Shown here: piece by piece, positions 57,488-64,000 of the stretch | Layout: every line of letters starts with the position of its first letter | Numbering within the stretch: position 1 is the stretch's first letter | Assembly: GCA_963662275.1 (NCBI GenBank) | Contig: OY759316.1 | Coordinates: 736,001 to 800,000, forward strand | Reading direction: 5' to 3' | Source of the DNA: Candidatus Cloacimonadales bacterium | Lineage (GTDB): Bacteria; Cloacimonadota; Cloacimonadia; Cloacimonadales; DAONDQ01 | DNA length: 64,000 nt | Program-made: the position numbers and the translations under genes | Notes under the pieces: generated by a model | The model's input: the letters and a program-made list of their open reading frames with translations, nothing else | Told to the model about the DNA's origin: nothing | Databases searched by the model: none

Positions 57488-59836
57488 ATGCCCAAGAAAG
57501 AACGGACGAGTGATTCAACTATGAACAATATGTATGATGTGATACCATTACGTCGAATGCTCGTACCCCCAACAATGATGGTTCCCTTACTTATCGGGAG
57601 AAGTGCAACGCTTTCAGCAGCGGATCATTCTCTCCGTGGAAATCACTATGTTTTATGTGTTCCCCAGAAACGGGAAATTGAAAATAAACGCAATCCTTCT
57701 GCTTCTGATCTTTACCGGTACGGTACTATTTGTGATATCGTCCAGCATTTTCCTCTTCCTGATGGAAATATGCGTCTGCTGTTACAGGGACTATTCCGCG
57801 TGAAAGTAGATCGTTTCACAAGAATCGGAGATCAGCTTCGTGCCACTTATACCTTGGCTCCTAAAACAGGTATGCTCATTGGTCCTCGTACCACTGCCTA
57901 TATGCGCAATCTGAAAAATGCCTTTGAAACATATGCGAAACTGAATAAGAATCTTCCTGACGAATTGATGAAGGATTTTGAGAATCTTACTGAACCAGAG
58001 GATTGTTTTTATTTCATCCTGACATACATCGAACAGGATCTAAAAACCAAAGAGCGACTTTTCGAGATTGATGACCTTGATGATAGTATCCAAGCTCTTC
58101 TGCGCGTATTACATACGGAAATTGAGATCATGAAGTTGGAACGTCAGATTGAAGGTAAAGTTAAACAGACTCTAAGTAAATTGCAGAAAGAATACTACCT
58201 TACCGAACAATTGAAGATCATCCATAAAGAGTTGGGGATTTCCAAGGAAGCTGAGGATGAATTGATAGAACTTCGCAAGCTTGTGGAAAAAGCTAATTTA
58301 AGTCCAGAAGCTCGTTTGCACGCCGAAGAGGAATTAAAGAAACTCTCTCGTCTAACACAACATGCCCAAGATTATAGTGTGATTTACAGTTATGTAAATT
58401 GGATATTGGAATTGCCCTGGGATCTTAAAAAGAGCAAGGATATTAACCTGCAAACTGCTGAAGATATCCTCAATGAAGACCATTATGGATTGGAAAAGGT
58501 CAAAGATCGCATTGTGGAATATCTTGCCGTCTTGAAGATGTCACAAAAAACGACTGGGCAGATACTATGTTTTGTCGGACCTCCCGGTGTTGGTAAAACT
58601 TCTTTGGGCAAATCTATTGCACGAGCCCTTGATCGTGATTTTATTCGCATATCTCTTGGTGGTGTGCGGGACGAAGCAGAAATTCGTGGTCATAGACGTA
58701 CATATGTAGCTGCTTTACCTGGGGTGATTATGCAGAGTATGAAGAAAGCAGGAAGCACTAATCCGCTAATCATGATGGATGAAATCGATAAAATGAGTAT
58801 GGATTTCCGTGGTGACCCTTCCGCAGCTTTGCTGGAAGTGCTTGATCCGGAACAGAACTTCAACTTCCGTGATCATTATCTTGATTTCGGATATGATCTT
58901 TCCCATGTGCTATTCATAACAACAGCCAACCATTTAGGTTCAATACCACGTCCTCTGATCGATAGAATGGAAATCCTCTATCTGCCAGGTTACACACAAT
59001 ATGAAAAATTGAATATAGCCAAACGCCATCTCATTCCAAAGCAATTGGAAAAACATGATGTGGCGGGAAGAATTGATATTGAATTTGAAGATCTTTCCAT
59101 TGAAAAGATTATAGCGCTTTATACACGTGAAGCTGGGGTGCGTGAACTTGAACGTAAAATATCCGCTGTTATCCGCAAGATCGTCAAAAAATACATGAAG
59201 GATAACGCCCAAACAATCTATAAAGTAACGCCGATCGATATTGAAACTTACCTTGGTATTCCCGAACATCTCTATTCTGAGATCAATCGTGAAGATGCCA
59301 TTGGTGTTGTCACTGGTCTTGCCTGGACATCTGCAGGGGGGGAGACCTTGCAGGTGGAAACTGTCAAAATGAAAGGTGACGGAAAGATCAAACTGACCGG
59401 TAATCTTGGTGAAGTGATGAAAGAATCTGCACAGGCTGCTTATTCCTTTGCACGTAAACATGCAGGTGAATACGGTATTGAAGAGGATTTCAATAAAAAG
59501 TATGATGTCCATCTTCATATTCCTGAAGGTGCTATTCCCAAAGATGGTCCTTCTGCCGGTGTGACAATGGTGACATCCATCGTTTCCGTGCTTTCTGATC
59601 GACCCGTGGATCATAATATTGCTATGACAGGTGAGATCACGCTCTCTGGTAAAGTACTTCCTATCGGTGGCTTGGCTGAAAAGATGATTGCTGCCAAGCG
59701 TGCCGGCATTACTACTCTCATTATTCCGGAAAAGAATCGACCCAGCCTTATTGAGATTGCTGCTGAAATTAAAGAAGGTATGACGATAAATTTCGCTGAA
59801 ACAATCGATGATGTACTTAAATTAGCTCTCAAATAA
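57488..59836 (+). CDS. lon: ATP-dependent Lon protease
   Basis: GPPGVGKTS, DEAEIRGHRRTY, DEIDKM, PKDGPSAG, AMTGEI. Confidence 0.98.
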   Translation: MPKKERTSDSTMNNMYDVIPLRRMLVPPTMMVPLLIGRSATLSAADHSLRGNHYVLCVPQKREIENKRNPSASDLYRYGTICDIVQHFPLPDGNMRLLLQGLFRVKVDRFTRIGDQLRATYTLAPKTGMLIGPRTTAYMRNLKNAFETYAKLNKNLPDELMKDFENLTEPEDCFYFILTYIEQDLKTKERLFEIDDLDDSIQALLRVLHTEIEIMKLERQIEGKVKQTLSKLQKEYYLTEQLKIIHKELGISKEAEDELIELRKLVEKANLSPEARLHAEEELKKLSRLTQHAQDYSVIYSYVNWILELPWDLKKSKDINLQTAEDILNEDHYGLEKVKDRIVEYLAVLKMSQKTTGQILCFVGPPGVGKTSLGKSIARALDRDFIRISLGGVRDEAEIRGHRRTYVAALPGVIMQSMKKAGSTNPLIMMDEIDKMSMDFRGDPSAALLEVLDPEQNFNFRDHYLDFGYDLSHVLFITTANHLGSIPRPLIDRMEILYLPGYTQYEKLNIAKRHLIPKQLEKHDVAGRIDIEFEDLSIEKIIALYTREAGVRELERKISAVIRKIVKKYMKDNAQTIYKVTPIDIETYLGIPEHLYSEINREDAIGVVTGLAWTSAGGETLQVETVKMKGDGKIKLTGNLGEVMKESAQAAYSFARKHAGEYGIEEDFNKKYDVHLHIPEGAIPKDGPSAGVTMVTSIVSVLSDRPVDHNIAMTGEITLSGKVLPIGGLAEKMIAAKRAGITTLIIPEKNRPSLIEIAAEIKEGMTINFAETIDDVLKLALK

Positions 59837-60076
59837 ATGCGTTTTAGATTTATCGAACAGACTCAACTTCATGATGGAACCCATCGTTTCCTCCTGGAAG
59901 TTGAGCCTGCTGAACTTGTCATGGTAGGCTTCCTGCTTGAATCCTTTGACGGTTTGTTCAATTACACTACAATTGATGATAAGAATTCTCTTGTCCAGGT
60001 TGATTTCCTGCCCGATGCCTATGAGGATGGAAAGAATATGCTCGAGTTTATGAAGGAATGGGAATGCGGAAGGTGA
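59837..60076 (+). CDS. Small DUF4911-like protein
   Basis: FLLESFDGL..YTTID motif; directly follows lon. Confidence 0.55.
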   Translation: MRFRFIEQTQLHDGTHRFLLEVEPAELVMVGFLLESFDGLFNYTTIDDKNSLVQVDFLPDAYEDGKNMLEFMKEWECGR

Positions 60077-60166
60077 CAGGTAACAGGTCAAATCCTGGCT
60101 CATCGCCTTCGCGAGGACGACAAAACCTGAAACCTGCTACTACATGTGTGTTCTTCTCTGCAATTT

Positions 60167-61141
60167 TTAATTTTTAATTTTTAATTCTTCTACCTTCCCG
60201 CCCAAGTTCTTAACAAATGCATAATCAACTTTCTGCAAATGCGGTTTTGTCTTTCCTGCATCCAGGTATTGCACGACCAGAGCGGGTGGATTATCATACA
60301 CAGAGACTTGTACATAGCCTGGCGGAACATAGCCAATTGGATGCGTAATTGACCCAGTGTTGATGACTAATGCACCATGATCCTCATAACCGGGTACTAC
60401 TTTCCTACTGAAGAAATGCGTTGTAGCAGACAGAACAAGGTCACACTTCTCCATGATGATCTTCTTCTGCTCAAGTAGCAATTGGTCAATCCAGAAGCCA
60501 TAGCGAGAATGAGCACACACAATGATGATGTCATGCTCCCGTTTATCTATCTGCGAAATAAGAGATGTCACATACGCCTTTGATTCACTATTAAATGCTA
60601 TCGTGTCTTCAGGTGGCTGATCAGGATAATGCAGTTGAACCAGGTGAATAGTCCAGCCATTTACAGGTATCTTCGCATAATATTCAACGCCATTATACCG
60701 TATCTGGACATTTGGGTTATTCTGTAATTCGACTTCTTTGAAGAAGGCTCCTCCTGCTCCCCAATCTGCTTGTCCTTTCCCATAATACTGATTTTCGCCA
60801 TCTGCAGCACAGGGATAAAAATGAGAATGCCACCAGATGTTCTTATGAAGGAAAGTAATGAATTCAGCCTTCCCAACTGCCTTCACATGATCACCCAATC
60901 CAATAACGAAAGCATCATTATCTTTCTCCATCCATTTGACCATATGCTGAAATGGCTTCTTGGAAGAGGGAGCATCGCCTTCATTGTCACTGAAGATAGC
61001 AAAATTGAACGCTGCGCTCCTTACCAGTTGTTTATATGATGTTGACTTCTGCCACGTATTTGTGGCTGTAGATGTTGTGTTTTTCGCTTGTAGGAGAAGA
61101 ATAACAGAGAGAAAGCAGAGGTATATGAAGAATTTCTTCAT
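60167..61141 (-). CDS. Secreted metallophosphoesterase-like protein
   Basis: Signal peptide; FAIFSDN, GLGDHV, DGEN, AH and H motifs (variant calcineurin-like set). Confidence 0.6.
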   Translation of the reverse strand: MKKFFIYLCFLSVILLLQAKNTTSTATNTWQKSTSYKQLVRSAAFNFAIFSDNEGDAPSSKKPFQHMVKWMEKDNDAFVIGLGDHVKAVGKAEFITFLHKNIWWHSHFYPCAADGENQYYGKGQADWGAGGAFFKEVELQNNPNVQIRYNGVEYYAKIPVNGWTIHLVQLHYPDQPPEDTIAFNSESKAYVTSLISQIDKREHDIIIVCAHSRYGFWIDQLLLEQKKIIMEKCDLVLSATTHFFSRKVVPGYEDHGALVINTGSITHPIGYVPPGYVQVSVYDNPPALVVQYLDAGKTKPHLQKVDYAFVKNLGGKVEELKIKN

Positions 61142-61153
61142 ATGAATTGCAGG

Positions 61154-62425
61154 TTATTCGAAATAGAAGATGGCTTCGATCGGATTGATCTTTGCCGCTT
61201 TTAAAGCTGGATAAAGACCTGACAGAAAGCCTACCAGGAGGGAAAAACCTATACCGATAATAATCCCTTGCGCTGGAATTGGCATAGCCAGATGTACCAA
61301 TGAAGAGACAATTTTAAGTAGCACCGAGGCAATCACAATGCCAAATAAAGCACCTAAGCCGGCAAGAGTGATGGCTTCCATGATAAAATAGAAAAAAATA
61401 TCACCTTCCGTAGCTCCAACGCTTTTTCGTACTCCAATTTCAACCATTCTTTCATTGATAGAGATTAAAAGTGTACTAAAAAGACCAATACCTCCAACGA
61501 TCAATGAAATAGAGGCAATAGCAAAAAGTGTGATGTTCCATTTTTTGAAAGCGCTATTCATCTCAGTTGTTATTTTTAACAGAAAATCACCTATATTCTG
61601 AAATTCAAAATTCTGGTACATTCCGCGTTGAGCCAGGAGAATCTGCCTAGCCCTATTCTTTAATGGCGTATAGGAAGCATCATCCTTTGCCTGGAGATAA
61701 ATGTAATCCACAGCATTATGTGATCGAAGGTACTTAGCACCGGTTTGCAGCGGAATATACACGGCTTCCAGGTCATTCTTGCGTTCCCAGCTATTGAAAT
61801 CCATACCAGCTTTGTTCATTTTATCCATATTCAAAACTCCCACAGCCCGGTATCTCATGCTGCCTACTGTGACGAACTGACCTAAGGGATCGATACCTTT
61901 GAAGTATTTTTGAACAAAGTAATAACCAAGAATACAAACCTTCTCCCCGGTATCCGTTTCAAAAGAACGGAAAAAACGACCGGATTTAAGAGTATATGTT
62001 TTATTCACGAAAAAGCTGTTATTTGTAGCTTTCAATTGGACTATTTCGCGTTTTTTATTATTCAGGTAATTCTGCCGTTCTTCTATCATACCATAGATAG
62101 ATTTCAGATCCAGTTGCTTCTTTAAAGCTTCATAATCAATAAGACCTAATGCCCTGACATTTTCCTTTGTTTTGATGAATGCTTTTTTCTCACTGTTTTC
62201 CATTACTATACCAAAATATATATTTGAACCGGTAATCAATACAGACCTGTTCCAGCCCATGCCTTCCATATTTGATTGAATGAGCATTTTCAAGCCATAG
62301 ATAGAAGAAAACATGGTTACAACAGCCATGACACCAATGACAATACCCATCAGTGTGAGCAAGGATCTCATCTTATGTGAGAAGATCGATTGCAGACTGC
62401 TGCGCAAGCCATCGTAAAGATGCAT
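61154..62425 (-). CDS. MacB/FtsX-like ABC transporter permease
   Basis: RSLLTLMGIVIGV, SLIVGGIG, ERMVEIGVRKSVGA, GLYPA.KAA..NPIEA. Confidence 0.92.
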   Translation of the reverse strand: MHLYDGLRSSLQSIFSHKMRSLLTLMGIVIGVMAVVTMFSSIYGLKMLIQSNMEGMGWNRSVLITGSNIYFGIVMENSEKKAFIKTKENVRALGLIDYEALKKQLDLKSIYGMIEERQNYLNNKKREIVQLKATNNSFFVNKTYTLKSGRFFRSFETDTGEKVCILGYYFVQKYFKGIDPLGQFVTVGSMRYRAVGVLNMDKMNKAGMDFNSWERKNDLEAVYIPLQTGAKYLRSHNAVDYIYLQAKDDASYTPLKNRARQILLAQRGMYQNFEFQNIGDFLLKITTEMNSAFKKWNITLFAIASISLIVGGIGLFSTLLISINERMVEIGVRKSVGATEGDIFFYFIMEAITLAGLGALFGIVIASVLLKIVSSLVHLAMPIPAQGIIIGIGFSLLVGFLSGLYPALKAAKINPIEAIFYFE

Positions 62426-64000
62426 TAATAAACTTCCTTACCACACTTTGGACATTTCTTGAATTCGCCTTCATTCTTTGAAATATGTTCTTCCATATAC
62501 GGATTTCCACATTCGGGGCATTTGATAAGTACAGGTTTATTATTAGTAATAAATTTACATTCAGGATAATTTGAACAGGAATAGAACTTCCTTCCTGTCT
62601 TGGATTTACGTTCAGATAACTCTCCTGTCTCACACTGAGGGCACTTCACACCAAGAGTAAAGTTACGCGTAAACTTGCAGGTCGGATAATTCGTACAGGC
62701 TATGAACTTACCAAAGCGTCCTGCCTTTAGAGTCAGGTCACTTCCACACTTCGGACATTTCTCCTCAAGCACTTCCTGTTTTACGATCGTGATTGTTCCA
62801 TCAGCAGTACGTGTGAAGTTCTCAAGATGCTTACATTCGGGGAAATTGGAACAACTGAGGAATTGACCTTTCCTACCCCATTTTATCTGCATGTGTCCCG
62901 TGCCACAAAGTGTACATGGCATATCAGTATCTTCCTTCATGTCAGACTTTGTCTGCTTGATATTCACTTTTCCCATCAGTTCCATCAGTACTTTATAATA
63001 TCCTGAGAGAACATCTTCCCACTTCTGTTTTCCATATTCAATTTCATCCAGTTCAGTTTCCATTTCAGCAGTAAATTTTACATTGAAGAGCTTGTCGAAT
63101 TGAGCTACCAGGAAGCCATTCACTTTCTTACCTAAATCTGTAGGTGCAAACTGTTTTTGAATAAGCGTCACATATTGCCGTTCCTGGATCGTTGAAAGAA
63201 TAGCCACATAGGTGGAAGGTCTTCCAATACCCTTGGATTCCAGTTCTTTGATCAAGGCAGCTTCTGTATAACGGGCAGGTGGTTTGGTGAAATGCTGGAG
63301 AGGAACGAATTTATCAATGAGAAGCTCATCTCCCTCATGATAATCCTGATGAATATTCTCACCTTCCGAGACAGAAATATGAGGATATACTTTTCTGAAG
63401 CCTTCATCTGTGACATGCGCTCCCGTTGCTGAAAAAAGCGCTTTTCCTAATTCCACATTCACTTTCGTAGTGGCAATCTGGATAGGTTTCATCTGTGTAG
63501 CAACAAAGCGCTGCCAGATGAGTGTATATAACTTTAACTGATCTTTACTTAAACTAGCCGATACCTGCTCAGGAGTTCGGAAAGGATCTGTGGGGCGAAT
63601 CGCTTCATGTGCGTCTTGAGCTTTATTCTTATTGGCAAATACACGCGCTTTAGATGATACCTGGTCTTTTCCAAAACGTTGCGAGATAAGGTCTCTACAG
63701 GCTGCAAGAGCTTCTTCAGAGATACGCAGAGAATCTGTACGCATGTAGGAGATCAAACCTACACGCTCACCATTGACATCCACACCTTCATACAATTCCT
63801 GGGCTACTTTCATCGTCTTTTTTGCCGGGAAACCTAATACTTTTGATGCTTCCTGCTGAATTGTACTGGTAATGAATGATGGACCCGGTTCCATCTTGCG
63901 AGTGGATTTCTCAATACTCTTCAGGACTGGTAAACCTGCTTTCAGGGATTCCATTAGTTCTAAGGTCTGCTTTTCATTCAGCAGTTCCACCTTTTTCCCT
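62425..64000 (-). CDS. topA: DNA topoisomerase I (5'-truncated by the window edge)
   Basis: ISYMRTDS catalytic Tyr, QDAHEAIRPT, GIGRPSTY, C-terminal C4 zinc ribbons. Confidence 0.97.
   Translation of the reverse strand, partial: GKKVELLNEKQTLELMESLKAGLPVLKSIEKSTRKMEPGPSFITSTIQQEASKVLGFPAKKTMKVAQELYEGVDVNGERVGLISYMRTDSLRISEEALAACRDLISQRFGKDQVSSKARVFANKNKAQDAHEAIRPTDPFRTPEQVSASLSKDQLKLYTLIWQRFVATQMKPIQIATTKVNVELGKALFSATGAHVTDEGFRKVYPHISVSEGENIHQDYHEGDELLIDKFVPLQHFTKPPARYTEAALIKELESKGIGRPSTYVAILSTIQERQYVTLIQKQFAPTDLGKKVNGFLVAQFDKLFNVKFTAEMETELDEIEYGKQKWEDVLSGYYKVLMELMGKVNIKQTKSDMKEDTDMPCTLCGTGHMQIKWGRKGQFLSCSNFPECKHLENFTRTADGTITIVKQEVLEEKCPKCGSDLTLKAGRFGKFIACTNYPTCKFTRNFTLGVKCPQCETGELSERKSKTGRKFYSCSNYPECKFITNNKPVLIKCPECGNPYMEEHISKNEGEFKKCPKCGKEVY

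Noticed and set aside
58940..59832. Minus-strand ORFs within lon
   Set aside because: Antisense shadows of a highly conserved gene with no recognisable motifs.

Overview
Bacterial chromosomal window, most likely from Candidatus Cloacimonadota or a related FCB-group lineage. This is inferred from several secreted proteins ending in the NYPNPFNP...YNIKGQKVKTL...WNG.D..G..V.SG.YFY C-terminal sorting domain and from a PorU/PorV-like gene pair. 1-18 kb holds the tail of a group II intron, secreted CTD proteins (one with a PNGase-like transglutaminase core), a sigma54 promoter with IHF and enhancer sites next to a Ser/Thr kinase-TPR-GAF-AAA+ activator, an HD-GYP protein and a DUF362 Fe-S protein. 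18-28.5 kb is an accessory island: a REP-like double-hairpin repeat array hit by both a complete group II intron and an IS1182-family element, a DUF2971-like gene, a frameshifted SF1 helicase-PLD nuclease, and a Fic gene bracketed by ~62-bp palindromic direct repeats. 28.5-64 kb is mostly housekeeping: iorAB, proS, cinA, purD, porU/porV-like, wza/wzc-like, ispE, prs, rplY, pth, rpsF, ssb, rpsR, rplI, dciA-like, rpe, ffh, two GT4 glycosyltransferases, a radical SAM enzyme, lon, an ABC permease and partial topA. No rRNA, tRNA or CRISPR array was recognised. All calls come from motif reading; no database searches were run.
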